From Candidatus Binatia bacterium (GTDB lineage: Bacteria; Desulfobacterota; Binatia; UBA9968): a stretch of DNA of 64,000 nucleotides. Both the position numbers and the translations under genes were made by a program. Within the stretch, counting starts at the first letter, position 1, and each line of letters opens with the position of its first letter. Location: positions 705 through 64,704 of the forward strand of contig DASYRN010000030.1 in assembly GCA_036004365.1 (NCBI GenBank), given 5' to 3'. Below, piece by piece: positions 9,433 through 18,735 of the stretch. Under the pieces are notes generated by a model. That model did no database searches. It was not told the DNA's origin and worked only from the letters and a program-made list of their open reading frames with translations.

Positions 9433-10083
9433 ATGCTGATTCTAAAAAGCCCTCAAGACAGGTGGGATCCTCGCTGGACTGCGCTTTTGGTTGTAGACGT
9501 ACAAAATGATTTTGTGAGTCCCAAGGGGAGTGCGGCGCAGCGGGGCGAAGATGTCACCGCATCGATAGCGATGGTCCCGAGACTCATTCGCCTCATTGAG
9601 GAGGCGCGGCAGGTTTCGTTGCCCGTTGTTTATATCAGGACCACTCACGGCGAGTGGACGGATACTCCTAGTTGGATCTACAGAAAGTCACAAGAAAAGG
9701 TATTAGATACCTGCCGTGAGGGAACGTGGGGCGCTGAGTTTTACGAAGGGATCTCTCCCCTGCCAGATGAACGGGTCGTCATCAAGCACCGCTACAGCGC
9801 GTTTATCAACACGGACCTCAATACCGTTCTTAAGGCGAAGGGAGTCGAAAGCGTCCTCGTCACCGGCGTGGCGACGAACGTCTGCGTCGAGACTACGGCG
9901 AGAGATGCCTACATGTACGATTACTACGTTACGATGGTGGACGACTGCGCGGCCGCTTATGACCCGAAGCTGCACGAGACGACGCTAGAAAATATCCGCC
10001 GCCATTTTGGCCTAGTAGCCTCCTCCGACGAGATTATCCAAAACTGGCAGGGGTTAAAACAAAAGAAGGCGGCAGCGGTTTAG
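9433..10083 (+). CDS. Isochorismatase-family cysteine hydrolase
   Basis: ALLVVDVQNDF ... VLVTGVATNVCVETTARDA (catalytic Cys) matches the isochorismatase fold. Confidence 0.8.
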   Translation: MLILKSPQDRWDPRWTALLVVDVQNDFVSPKGSAAQRGEDVTASIAMVPRLIRLIEEARQVSLPVVYIRTTHGEWTDTPSWIYRKSQEKVLDTCREGTWGAEFYEGISPLPDERVVIKHRYSAFINTDLNTVLKAKGVESVLVTGVATNVCVETTARDAYMYDYYVTMVDDCAAAYDPKLHETTLENIRRHFGLVASSDEIIQNWQGLKQKKAAAV

Positions 10084-10161
10084 TTATGAATTTTAAATTA
10101 TGAATTTTGAATTCTGAGTTTTAAGTCTAATAACTCAACACGCATAACTCAAAAGTTAAAA
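10084..10161. repeat. AT-rich intergenic element: tandem TATGAATTTT(A/G)AATT x2 plus imperfect hairpin GAGTTTTAAG...TTAAAACTA
   Basis: GC about 27 % in a roughly 58 % GC genome. Fills the entire convergent gap between isochorismatase and korB. Related to 33288..33345 and 21818..21844. Confidence 0.6.
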
Positions 10162-11190
10162 CTATTTCATGAGCTCGGCGTTGATCCGGTCGAGCATCTC
10201 GGCGGGCGGTTGTAGGACGTCTTGATCCAGCTCCGCGAGCGGCGTCTCGCAGAGATTCATTTCTTCGGCAAACTCTGCCCGGTTAGGATCGTAATAGATA
10301 AGTCCCGTCAGGAACTTTCCCTCGGCCACGGCCGCGTGGATGGCCTGCATCGCATGCATCCTGCTGGTGGGATCGTAGCTCTTCCCCAGCTTGTGCAGGA
10401 CGATGCGAGATCCGTCGTGCAGCTCGACCGGCTGATCGGTCCCTTCCTTGTAATCGACTTCGATATTCTCGTAATGGGGAATAAAGTCGATGTCGTGAAT
10501 CGGGTCGAGGTGCTCCTTGACATACTTCATGCTCTTGGTCGAGCCTTCGTGGTTGTTGAAAGTCACGCACGGGCTGATCACATCCAGGATCGCGCTTCCC
10601 TTGTGGGCCAGCGCCCCCTGAATCAGAGGCGAAAGTTGCTTGCGATCTCCGGAGAAGCTGCGGGCGACATAGGTGGCGCCGAGGATGATGCCGAGCTCGC
10701 AGATGTCGAGCGCCGGGTTGTCGTTGATCTTTCCCCCTTTCATCACGCTTCCCTTATCCGCAGTAGCTGAGAACTGGCCCTTAGTCAGCCCGTAGACTCC
10801 GTTGTTCTCGACGATATAGGTGATGTTCACGTTGCGCCGCATCATGTGGCAGAAGTTCCCCAGACCGATGGCCGCGGTGTCCCCGTCTCCCGATACCCCG
10901 ATGGGCATCAGCGAATGGTTTGCTATATTGGTGCCGGTTGCCACCGCCGACATCCGTCCGTGAACCGCGTTAAAACCGAAGGATTGGCTGAGAAAATAGG
11001 CTGGAGTTTTAGATGAGCAGCCGATGCCGCTGAGCTTAATAACCTTGCGCGGGTCGATACTGCTTTCAAAAAAGGCCCGCATGACCGAGGCCGAGATGGC
11101 ATCGTGACCGCAGCCACGGCACATGGTCGACGGAGCACCCTCGTAATCCTTCTCTTTGAGGTTTATGCGATTAACTTTTTCTCCTGCCAT
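10162..11190 (-). CDS. korB: 2-oxoacid:ferredoxin oxidoreductase beta subunit (TPP-binding; KorB/OorB-like)
   Basis: CRGCGHD motif and TPP-binding GDGD region. Start taken at the internal MAGEKV ATG with an AAAGGGG RBS. Overlaps the alpha-subunit stop by about 28 nt. Confidence 0.75.
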   Translation of the reverse strand: MAGEKVNRINLKEKDYEGAPSTMCRGCGHDAISASVMRAFFESSIDPRKVIKLSGIGCSSKTPAYFLSQSFGFNAVHGRMSAVATGTNIANHSLMPIGVSGDGDTAAIGLGNFCHMMRRNVNITYIVENNGVYGLTKGQFSATADKGSVMKGGKINDNPALDICELGIILGATYVARSFSGDRKQLSPLIQGALAHKGSAILDVISPCVTFNNHEGSTKSMKYVKEHLDPIHDIDFIPHYENIEVDYKEGTDQPVELHDGSRIVLHKLGKSYDPTSRMHAMQAIHAAVAEGKFLTGLIYYDPNRAEFAEEMNLCETPLAELDQDVLQPPAEMLDRINAELMK

Positions 11191-13013
11191 TCCTGTACCC
11201 CTTTTCTTCCGCCTGCTCGGTGCTGGTTGATCTGTCGGACAACTTCTCCCGTGGTTAACGGAAGGCCGTCGTAGACCAGGATGCTGGTGATTTTCGAGGC
11301 CAACTCCGGCCATTCGTCTTTTACAATGGAGGCCATTTGCGCGTCGCGGTTCTGCTCCACGAGATAGATGACCTCATGAGCTTCAAGGAACTCCTTGGTT
11401 TCCTCCGTCAAAGGCAAGGCCCTCAACAAAAGATGATTGGTCTTGAGCCCAGACGCCCGCAGCCGGTCGCGCGCCTCGCGCACCGGCTCGTAGCTTGAGC
11501 CGAAGGAGATGATACCCGTCTTCACCCCCTCCTGCTTCTCCACGGCCGGCTTGGGGACGTACTTGCGGGCGGTCTCGAACTTTTTCCGCAGACGGTCAAG
11601 AGTCTCCTTGTAATCCTTTTCATCTTCGGAATAGCGCGCGTCGGCGTCATGGCCCGATCCGCGGGTAAAGTAAGCTGCTTTTCGGTTGGGATTTCCCGGG
11701 AGCGTCCGATACGGAATACCGTCCCCGTCGAAGTCAAAGTAGCGGCGGAATTTTTTTCCCTGCTTCTCCCACTGTTCAATCTGTTCGGCCGTCAGGATTT
11801 TGCCCCGATCAAAAGGTTCTTTTTCCAATTTGAGCGGCTCCGAAGACCAGAGATTCATGCCCAGGTCGAGATCCATCATGACAAAAACCGGTGTCTGAAA
11901 TCGTTCAGCGAAGTCAAAGCTTCGGCGGGCCATGTCAAAACAAGATTTCATATCGTGCGGAATCAAGATGAGGTGGCGGGTATCGCCGTGCGAAGCATAA
12001 TACATGAGTTGGATGTCGGCCTGCTGGGTTCGTGTCGGCAATCCCGTCGAGGGCCCCCCGCGTTGAATGATGAAAAAGACGCATGGAACCTCAGCGAAAT
12101 AAGCGAGGCCGATCGACTCGTTCATGAGGGAGAGTCCGGGTCCCGAGGTCGAAGTCATAGCCCTAACGCCAGCCCATCCCGCTCCCACAATCATGCTCGC
12201 GGCGGCGATTTCGTCCTCCGCCTGAACGATCGCATAGGTCGCTTTGCCATCTTTCTTGCGAAGCCGCGGCATATAGTGCTCTACAGCCTCGGCCAGTGAA
12301 CTGGAGGGAGTGATCGGGTACCACGAGACCACAGAGGCGCCGCCAAAAATGGCGCCCAGAGCGCAGGCGGTATTGCCTTCGGTGATAATCTTTCCTTTGT
12401 TGCCGTTCGGGATAGTTTGCAGCCGGGCGATGTTCTGCGTGTAGCCTTTTTCTTTCATGTGATTGAAGCCGGCCTGGATACAGACCAGGTTGGATTCAAT
12501 CACCGCCGGTTTCTTGCCGAACGTGTCTTGGAGGACCTCTTTGATGGTCTCTATGTCGATGCCGAACAGATAAGCCAGAGCGCCGACGTAAACCATGTTT
12601 CGCTGCTTGATCCGAAGGGGCGAGGCAGGGACGATTTTTTGGATGAGCTTATTGGCCGGTACGCCGAAGTATTGGACTCCGTCTCTTTTGAGATTCGATG
12701 CGAGCGGGTTCGAGTCATCATGAATAATAATGCCCCCGTCCCTGACGCGATAGATATCCTTGGCAGCGGTCGCGTCATTAAACATCACCATCACATCGAT
12801 GACATCCTTGCGAGCCATATAGCCTTCGGCGGAGGCCCGGATTTGATACCAAGTGGGCAATCCCTGAATGTTCGACGGGAACATGTTCTTTGAAGAGCAG
12901 GGAACACCCATTTTGAAGATTGCCTTGAACAGGACGTTGTTCGCCGAGGCGCTGCCGGTGCCGTTTTCGGTGGCTATAGAGATGCTTAGGTCGTTGATCG
13001 GTGGGGTTTCCAT
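11163..13013 (-). CDS. korA: 2-oxoacid:ferredoxin oxidoreductase alpha subunit (KorA-like)
   Basis: 616 aa. Pyruvate/2-oxoglutarate:ferredoxin oxidoreductase domain I/III signatures (GYPITPSS, GASVVSWYPITP). Adjacent to the beta subunit. Confidence 0.8.
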   Translation of the reverse strand: METPPINDLSISIATENGTGSASANNVLFKAIFKMGVPCSSKNMFPSNIQGLPTWYQIRASAEGYMARKDVIDVMVMFNDATAAKDIYRVRDGGIIIHDDSNPLASNLKRDGVQYFGVPANKLIQKIVPASPLRIKQRNMVYVGALAYLFGIDIETIKEVLQDTFGKKPAVIESNLVCIQAGFNHMKEKGYTQNIARLQTIPNGNKGKIITEGNTACALGAIFGGASVVSWYPITPSSSLAEAVEHYMPRLRKKDGKATYAIVQAEDEIAAASMIVGAGWAGVRAMTSTSGPGLSLMNESIGLAYFAEVPCVFFIIQRGGPSTGLPTRTQQADIQLMYYASHGDTRHLILIPHDMKSCFDMARRSFDFAERFQTPVFVMMDLDLGMNLWSSEPLKLEKEPFDRGKILTAEQIEQWEKQGKKFRRYFDFDGDGIPYRTLPGNPNRKAAYFTRGSGHDADARYSEDEKDYKETLDRLRKKFETARKYVPKPAVEKQEGVKTGIISFGSSYEPVREARDRLRASGLKTNHLLLRALPLTEETKEFLEAHEVIYLVEQNRDAQMASIVKDEWPELASKITSILVYDGLPLTTGEVVRQINQHRAGGRKGVQEWQEKKLIA

Positions 13014-13171
13014 AATTGAATCGCTGCCTTACCCTCCTCCCTTAATTTTATTAACTTAACAGGGATTGGCCGGAAAGACAAGAAATCGCGATCGGCCCAC
13101 GTTGGGAAAAGAAGAGATCGATTTTACCATTCTTGACCCTAAACCGAAGCCAGGAACAGCGCCGGGGGTCT

Positions 13172-14185
13172 CTAGCCTCCTAAAGTAATCATCTCGATCT
13201 TCTTATGGTCTTTGGGGTCGTAAGCGGACGAAAGAAGGGCCTCGAGGCGCTCGTCCGAGTATCGATCTTTTCTGTTTGACCAGATAGAGGAGATCGCTTT
13301 CGATATCTCCTCGTCGGTTGCACCGCTTCTCATGAGAGCCTTCAGATCATGTCCTGTTTGAGAAAAGAGGCACGTGACTAATTTCCCGTCGGCTGTGAGC
13401 CGGGCCCGCGTGCAAGTGGAGCAAAAGGGCTCGGTCACTGAGGCTACAATACCCACTTCTCCTTTGCCGTCAACAAATTCATAATCCACTGAGGGGGCGC
13501 TCCCCTGATCCCGGCCCACCTCTGTCAACGGATAGCGGGCCTGAATCTTCTCAAGGATCTCCTTTTTCGGAACCAACTTCTCAGAGGTCCAGTTGTTTGA
13601 GTTCCCGACATCCATGTATTCGATAAAGCGGATGGGAAAGTCATTCTCCCGAGAAAACTCCACGAGGGGGAGAACGTCGCCGTCGTTCACCCCGCGCTCA
13701 ATAACCGCATTGATCTTAATCGGACTCAAGCCGCCACGCTTTGCACCAAAGAGACCTTCGAGGACTTTATGAAGATCGCCCCGCTTGGTGATGCGCCTAA
13801 ACTTCTCCGGGTCGAGCGTATCGATGCTGACGTTGAGGCGCTTAAGGCCGGCCTGTTTGAGAACGGAAACCTGTTCAGTCAGAAGCGAGCCGTTGGTCGT
13901 GAGGCAAAGATCCTGCAATCCCTCAAGCACCGAGAGCTTCGCAATCAATAGATGGAGATCTCTCCGAACCAGAGGCTCTCCGCCTGTGAGTCTTATTTTA
14001 TTGACCCCCAGCGGGATAAACAGCTTGACCAGCCGCGCAATCTCTTCAAACGTAAGGATCTCTTTCTTATCGATCCATTCGTACTCATCGAGAGGCATGC
14101 AATAAATGCAGCGAAAGTTACATCGGTCGGTAACGGAGATTCTCAGGTCCCGGATCGGACGCCGGTAGGTGTCAATCAGCATCAT
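13172..14185 (-). CDS. moaA: GTP 3',8-cyclase (molybdenum cofactor biosynthesis, radical SAM)
   Basis: CNFRCIYC radical-SAM cluster motif. C-terminal Cys cluster CSTCTRARLTADGKL. Typical MoaA length. Confidence 0.9.
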   Translation of the reverse strand: MMLIDTYRRPIRDLRISVTDRCNFRCIYCMPLDEYEWIDKKEILTFEEIARLVKLFIPLGVNKIRLTGGEPLVRRDLHLLIAKLSVLEGLQDLCLTTNGSLLTEQVSVLKQAGLKRLNVSIDTLDPEKFRRITKRGDLHKVLEGLFGAKRGGLSPIKINAVIERGVNDGDVLPLVEFSRENDFPIRFIEYMDVGNSNNWTSEKLVPKKEILEKIQARYPLTEVGRDQGSAPSVDYEFVDGKGEVGIVASVTEPFCSTCTRARLTADGKLVTCLFSQTGHDLKALMRSGATDEEISKAISSIWSNRKDRYSDERLEALLSSAYDPKDHKKIEMITLGG

Positions 14186-14314
14186 TTTTAACTATGCAAT
14201 AAAGCGCCGATGCGCGCAAGCTTTTTGCTCCTGTGTAGAAAGTAAAGGAGACGCCGTGGCGCTCCCTTTAAACAGTACTTTTGCCGAAGGATTCGATCTG
14301 CTATCCTCCCCGGC

Positions 14315-15820
14315 ATGAGCCTGCGCCAGCAACAGATTGGGGTTTTTCTGGGTACTGTTGTGGTTATTTTCGGTATCTTTGCCGCGGGGCTCTGGCTGAT
14401 CGCCCAACGCCTTACGGCCGCGGCGACGTTGCAAACCGCGCTCGTCATGGCGCGCCAGGTTGAGATCGCATTGGCGGATAGTCTCCAGCAACGGTCGGTC
14501 AAATCCTCCCGAGCAGGCACTTCCTTCTGGGGCTTTTTGGGCAACCTTTTTCCCGGCAAGGCAGCGGGCAGGCCGGCGGCTTCTCTTCCTCAGTCCGAAG
14601 TTAAAGGCTTAATGCAGGCTTATGTGGCCCGCAGCGGCAGCATCGAAGCCATGTGGGTTCTCAATCCCGAGGGAAAGGTTCTATACAGCTCTTTCGGACA
14701 GGAGGGAATCCGACTCGGCGAAGATCCGTCTTGGCAGGAGCGTTTACGGGGGGATGGTCCCATAGTAACCACGCGCCATGAAGGGAAGGCCACCTACTAC
14801 GATGTGCTCGTTCCCCTACAAATGCCGAAAGGAGTTCAAGGGCCTGGCGGGCTTCGGCTGTGGATTAATCCGGCGGATTGGACCGAACTGTTGTCCGGCC
14901 TTTGGCACGAGCTCACGTTTTTGTTTGTCCTTGGCGGGGCGGTGGCTCTATTGAGCGCTTTCTTGACCACCGCTCTCTATACCCGGCGCTTTCGTCTCAT
15001 CAGCGAGGCGTTGCAGGAAGCTGAGGCCGGGACTTACCAAGCGCGTCCTCGATACTTTGGTCAAGACGAAGTCGGGAAGAGCTTAGATCTCATCGATCGC
15101 CTGGTCATGAAACAGCGTGGTGCGTCAGAATCCCCGAAACCGTTGCAACGGTTGGCCATGGCGGCGCGGGCATTAGCTCACGAAGTTAGGACTCCTCTCA
15201 ATGCCCTGGCCATCCATCTTGAGCTTCTGCGTAAAACCTCTGACCCATCCCGTTCCCCCGGGTCGGCTGACAGCGAGCAACGTTCCCTTGGTGCTCTGGA
15301 AGCCGGTATTCGCCAAGTGGACCAATTGGTACGTGACTTTGCCGATTACACTGCGCCCGTTACGATAGAACCTCAGTCTCTCGATCTATCTCAAGTACTC
15401 GATGCGAGTCTCGAGGTGGTGAAAGCCCAGTGTTCGGCTCAAAAAATTACCCTCACTAAGAATCTCCCGAGCCCGTTGTGGATCAAGGGTGACGATACTC
15501 GGCTAAGGCAGGCCTTCGACAACCTGTTGTGCAACGCAATAGAGGCGCAACCCAACGGAGGCGCGATTTGGGTTAACGGTCATAAGAACGGCAGCAGGCT
15601 GATTTTGGAATTTGGTGATTCGGGCCCGGGTCTTCCTCTTGAGCGGCGTACCCATCTGTTCGAGTTTGGTAAAACTACCAAGCCTGGGGGTAGCGGAATC
15701 GGTCTCCCTTTGATCCAAATCATAGTCGAGGCGCATGGGGGGACTCTGGAGTACGAAACGAACGATGAATCCGTTGGCGGCTCTACTTTTCGGATGACGC
15801 TGCCTCTGGATAGAAATTAG
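14315..15820 (+). CDS. Sensor histidine kinase (membrane, HisKA + HATPase_c)
   Basis: N-terminal TM segment, H-box HEVRTPLNALAIHLELL, and N/G boxes (CNAIEAQPNGG; GSGIGLPLIQ). Confidence 0.8.
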   Translation: MSLRQQQIGVFLGTVVVIFGIFAAGLWLIAQRLTAAATLQTALVMARQVEIALADSLQQRSVKSSRAGTSFWGFLGNLFPGKAAGRPAASLPQSEVKGLMQAYVARSGSIEAMWVLNPEGKVLYSSFGQEGIRLGEDPSWQERLRGDGPIVTTRHEGKATYYDVLVPLQMPKGVQGPGGLRLWINPADWTELLSGLWHELTFLFVLGGAVALLSAFLTTALYTRRFRLISEALQEAEAGTYQARPRYFGQDEVGKSLDLIDRLVMKQRGASESPKPLQRLAMAARALAHEVRTPLNALAIHLELLRKTSDPSRSPGSADSEQRSLGALEAGIRQVDQLVRDFADYTAPVTIEPQSLDLSQVLDASLEVVKAQCSAQKITLTKNLPSPLWIKGDDTRLRQAFDNLLCNAIEAQPNGGAIWVNGHKNGSRLILEFGDSGPGLPLERRTHLFEFGKTTKPGGSGIGLPLIQIIVEAHGGTLEYETNDESVGGSTFRMTLPLDRN

Positions 15821-15821
15821 T

Positions 15822-17174
15822 ATGGCGCGTCCGAGAGTCAATGTGCTTGTCGTGGACGACGATCCGGCTACCAGAGACGGCCTGACTGAACTTTTGAATG
15901 GTTGGGGATATGCAGCTTCGGCGGCAGCTGACGCCTCAAGCGCGCTTAAGATCTGTCACAAGGAATTACCGCAGGCCATGGTGACTGATTTGATGATGCC
16001 GGGGATGGACGGCTTACAATTCGTGCAAGCGCTGAAGGAACGGGTGCGAGAGGTTGCAGTGATCATTCTGACCGGCCAAGCGACCATAGAGACCGCCGTA
16101 CAAGCGATCAAGCTTGGCGCCTATGACTATCTCACGAAGCCGTTGGAGCCGCAAAAACTGAAGGACGTATTAGAAAAAGGACTCCGTCAAGCGCGGCTAG
16201 CGCGAGAAGCCACAGTGCTGCGTCAAAAATTGGAATCGCCTCTGGGGTCCTATGGAGAATTGGTCGGAAAGTCGCCTGGCATGCGCCAGCTCTACCAGCG
16301 TATTAGCCAGGTTGCGGCGACTGATGCACCAGTGCTTGTCAGTGGTGAGAGCGGGACGGGCAAGGAGCTGGTAGCCCGGACGCTTCATGATCTGTCGCCG
16401 ATCAGGGATGGGCCTTTTTTGCCTCTCAATTGCGCCGCAATCCCGCCTACTTTGATGGAGAGCGAGCTCTTCGGGCATGAGAAAGGGGCGTTTACGAACG
16501 CGACCGAACGGAGGAAGGGCTGCTTCGAACAGACAGATGGAGGAACTCTGTTTCTGGATGAGATCACCGAGATGGCCGCCGAGGTACAGGCTAAATTCCT
16601 CCGCGTCATAGAAGAGGGGCAGGTGCGCCGCATCGGGTCCGACTCTAGCGTGTCCGTGTCGGTCAGAGTCGTAACGGCAACCAATCGTGAGCCTGCGGCG
16701 GCTGTTAAGGAAGGAAAATTAAGGCAGGATCTCTATTATCGCCTAAACGTGTTTCATTTAGAATTGCCGCCGCTGCGGGAACGTCAGGATGACATTCCGC
16801 TGTTGGCGCGTTATTTCCTGGAAACATTCGCCGCTAAGTATCAGCGGGAGCCTTTACCATGGGCCACGGATTTTGTTGCTTCTCTTCAAGCCCATTCCTG
16901 GCCCGGCAATGTGCGCGAGTTGCGCAACGCCATGGAACGTTTGGCTGTCCTAGCTTCCGGTCCCAATCTGACTGCGGATGATGTCCAGCAATTTTGCCTC
17001 AGCGCTGTTTTTAGCGATAAGGCTGAGAGCCCGATGTCCCTAGCGGAGGCCGAGCGAGAGGCGATCCAAAGAGCGCTGGCGGCGACTGGCGGCAACAAAA
17101 CTCAGGCTGCCCGGATTTTGGGCATCACCCCTAAAACCTTGAACGCTAAAATGGCCCTTTATCGCAGCAAGTAA
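15822..17174 (+). CDS. Sigma-54-dependent response regulator (NtrC/Fis family: REC + AAA sigma-54 interaction + HTH)
   Basis: REC domain (VLVVDDDP ... D54-like), GESGTGKE Walker A, ESELFGHEKGAFTNA (GAFTGA motif), and a C-terminal Fis-type HTH (GNKTQAARILGI). Confidence 0.9.
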   Translation: MARPRVNVLVVDDDPATRDGLTELLNGWGYAASAAADASSALKICHKELPQAMVTDLMMPGMDGLQFVQALKERVREVAVIILTGQATIETAVQAIKLGAYDYLTKPLEPQKLKDVLEKGLRQARLAREATVLRQKLESPLGSYGELVGKSPGMRQLYQRISQVAATDAPVLVSGESGTGKELVARTLHDLSPIRDGPFLPLNCAAIPPTLMESELFGHEKGAFTNATERRKGCFEQTDGGTLFLDEITEMAAEVQAKFLRVIEEGQVRRIGSDSSVSVSVRVVTATNREPAAAVKEGKLRQDLYYRLNVFHLELPPLRERQDDIPLLARYFLETFAAKYQREPLPWATDFVASLQAHSWPGNVRELRNAMERLAVLASGPNLTADDVQQFCLSAVFSDKAESPMSLAEAEREAIQRALAATGGNKTQAARILGITPKTLNAKMALYRSK

Positions 17175-17256
17175 TTTCTTCCCGATCCGGTACTTTTTTA
17201 CTCGCCTTTATTTTCCTACTTTTCTATAACCCTCTAATTTTCCTGAAGGTTTGAGC

Positions 17257-17272
17257 TGGCATCGTCGTTGCT
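17257..17272 (+). promoter_or_regulatory. Sigma-54 (-24/-12) promoter: TGGCATCGTCGTTGCT
   Basis: GG and GC elements are spaced exactly as in the TGGCAC-N5-TTGC consensus. Sits immediately downstream of the NtrC-family activator gene and upstream of the small-protein cluster. Confidence 0.5.
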
Positions 17273-17349
17273 CCTTTGCCGGATCGGCCACAGAGCCTAG
17301 TCGACCGAAGGTTATGGAGTCCGCGTATAAAATCCAGGAGGAGGATGTC

Positions 17350-17667
17350 GTGAAATCGAATCACTGTGCCCGGATTCTGGCCATATTGAATGCCATGTTG
17401 ATTTGCTTCTCCAGCGCCTCTGTCGAAGCAGGACAAAGCAAGGAAGAAACAAAGCAGGCTGAAGAACAAGCGACTTCTAACGCGAGCAGCAATGAGGTCG
17501 AGAACAGGAACACTCAGTGGTCGGCAGATCCCGAGCGAGGCTGGGTGCGCGCTGATGAGCGCCCCGATCTCCATGATCAAGGTGAGTCCGTCGGGAAGGC
17601 AAATCCTAGCAAGGGAAAACAGAAGGGTAACCCAAAGAGCAAACCGAGTGATGCATCAACCAAATAA
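17350..17667 (+). CDS. Small secreted low-complexity (K/S/E-rich) protein; start uncertain (GTG 17350 or ATG 17314)
   Basis: GGAGGAGGA RBS 4 nt before the GTG. The N-terminus VKSNHCARILAILNAMLICFSSASVEA is a signal peptide. The tool's 17251 start overlaps the sigma-54 promoter. Confidence 0.35.
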   Translation: MKSNHCARILAILNAMLICFSSASVEAGQSKEETKQAEEQATSNASSNEVENRNTQWSADPERGWVRADERPDLHDQGESVGKANPSKGKQKGNPKSKPSDASTK

Positions 17668-17715
17668 CCCGAGGAACATCAAGGGAGCTAATGAGAGAAA
17701 AGGAGGTATGAAAAA

Positions 17716-18069
17716 ATGGACGGGAATCGAAAATTCATGAGTAGGACTGCTGGGGTTTTGCTTGGAGCAGCGCTTTTTCTTACAGGTTGCGCTGGTGGAC
17801 CCCTCACCACGCGCGAAAAAGGGGCCGGGATTGGTACTCTGGGAGGAGCCGCTGCTGGCGGAATCATCGGTAGCGCGGTCGGACGTCCGGCGGCGGGCGC
17901 TCTGATCGGTGGAGCGCTGGGTCTAGGTGCTGGGGCGCTTGTCGGGGACCAATTGCAAGGCCAGGAGATCCAGAACGAGCGCCAGGATCACGAGATTCGA
18001 AGGAACCAGGCCGAGCTTAACCGCCAGCGGCAGGAAATGGACCGCTTAAGACGGCAAGGGGAGTATTAA
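17716..18069 (+). CDS. Glycine-zipper lipoprotein with C-terminal coiled-coil tail
   Basis: AGGAGG RBS. Lipobox LTGC. G-x3-G glycine-zipper run (GIGTLGGAAAGGIIGSAVG...). C-terminal RRNQAELNRQRQEMDRLRRQ. Confidence 0.55.
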   Translation: MDGNRKFMSRTAGVLLGAALFLTGCAGGPLTTREKGAGIGTLGGAAAGGIIGSAVGRPAAGALIGGALGLGAGALVGDQLQGQEIQNERQDHEIRRNQAELNRQRQEMDRLRRQGEY

Positions 18070-18098
18070 CCGAAATCTCATCGAAAGGAGACCTTGAC

Positions 18099-18329
18099 AT
18101 GAAAAGATCTGCTCTGACCTTGATCCTTGCGACTGTTGGCCTGTGGGGATGCAGTCCACAGTTCTGGGGAGGTGCCGCGACCGGAGCTCTGGCGACGGGC
18201 GCCGGTTATGAAATTCAGGCGAACCGTCAGATGAACAAGCTGGAAGACGATTACAGGAGTGGGAGGATTGATCGTCGGGAATACGAGGTCCGCAAAAGTC
18301 AAATTGAGAAGGGTTCGATCATTTATTAG
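18099..18329 (+). CDS. Small lipoprotein (lipobox LWGC)
   Basis: RBS AAAGGAG. Signal peptide plus Cys. Small glycine-rich segment. Confidence 0.4.
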   Translation: MKRSALTLILATVGLWGCSPQFWGGAATGALATGAGYEIQANRQMNKLEDDYRSGRIDRREYEVRKSQIEKGSIIY

Positions 18330-18359
18330 AGAAACATAAACCGGAAGGAGGTAAAAGCG

Positions 18360-18659
18360 ATGAGAGAGAAAGTCTTATGGTTTGTAAGCGGAACAGTTGT
18401 CTCCTTTTTGGTGTTTCTGTTTTTAGGCGGGCTCTATACGATCACGCCGCCGAATGGGCCTGTGGATACCGCGTACAAGATGAACCGGATAACAGGAAGG
18501 GTATGGATGGTTAAAACCTACACGAAGCAGGTGGGACCGATTCGGGTCGTTACGGCCCGGCAGGCGGACGTCGAGAAGACCAAGGAACTCAAGGAGTCCG
18601 ATATCCCGGCGGTAGCGATGCAGGATGAACAGTTAGCGTCGCGCAGCCGGCGTAGGTAA
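18360..18659 (+). CDS. Small single-TM membrane protein, hypothetical
   Basis: RBS GGAAGGAGG. N-terminal TM segment (LWFVSGTVVSFLVFLFLGG). Confidence 0.4.
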   Translation: MREKVLWFVSGTVVSFLVFLFLGGLYTITPPNGPVDTAYKMNRITGRVWMVKTYTKQVGPIRVVTARQADVEKTKELKESDIPAVAMQDEQLASRSRRR

Positions 18660-18735
18660 GGTGGCGCGAAGCAACAACGGCGCACGCACAAAGGCGCTAA
18701 CCGTCACTGATTTTAGAATGAAAGGAGGTTGGTTT

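Noticed and set aside
10084-10161. CRISPR array interpretation of the short tandem repeats (also 20875-20911 and 29385-29458)
   Set aside because: Units are 7-15 nt with at most 2-5 copies and no unique spacers of 30-40 nt. Not CRISPR-like.
14188-14559. 123-aa minus-strand ORF between moaA and the histidine kinase
   Set aside because: Overlaps the kinase start and its upstream region. Arg-rich shadow-frame composition.
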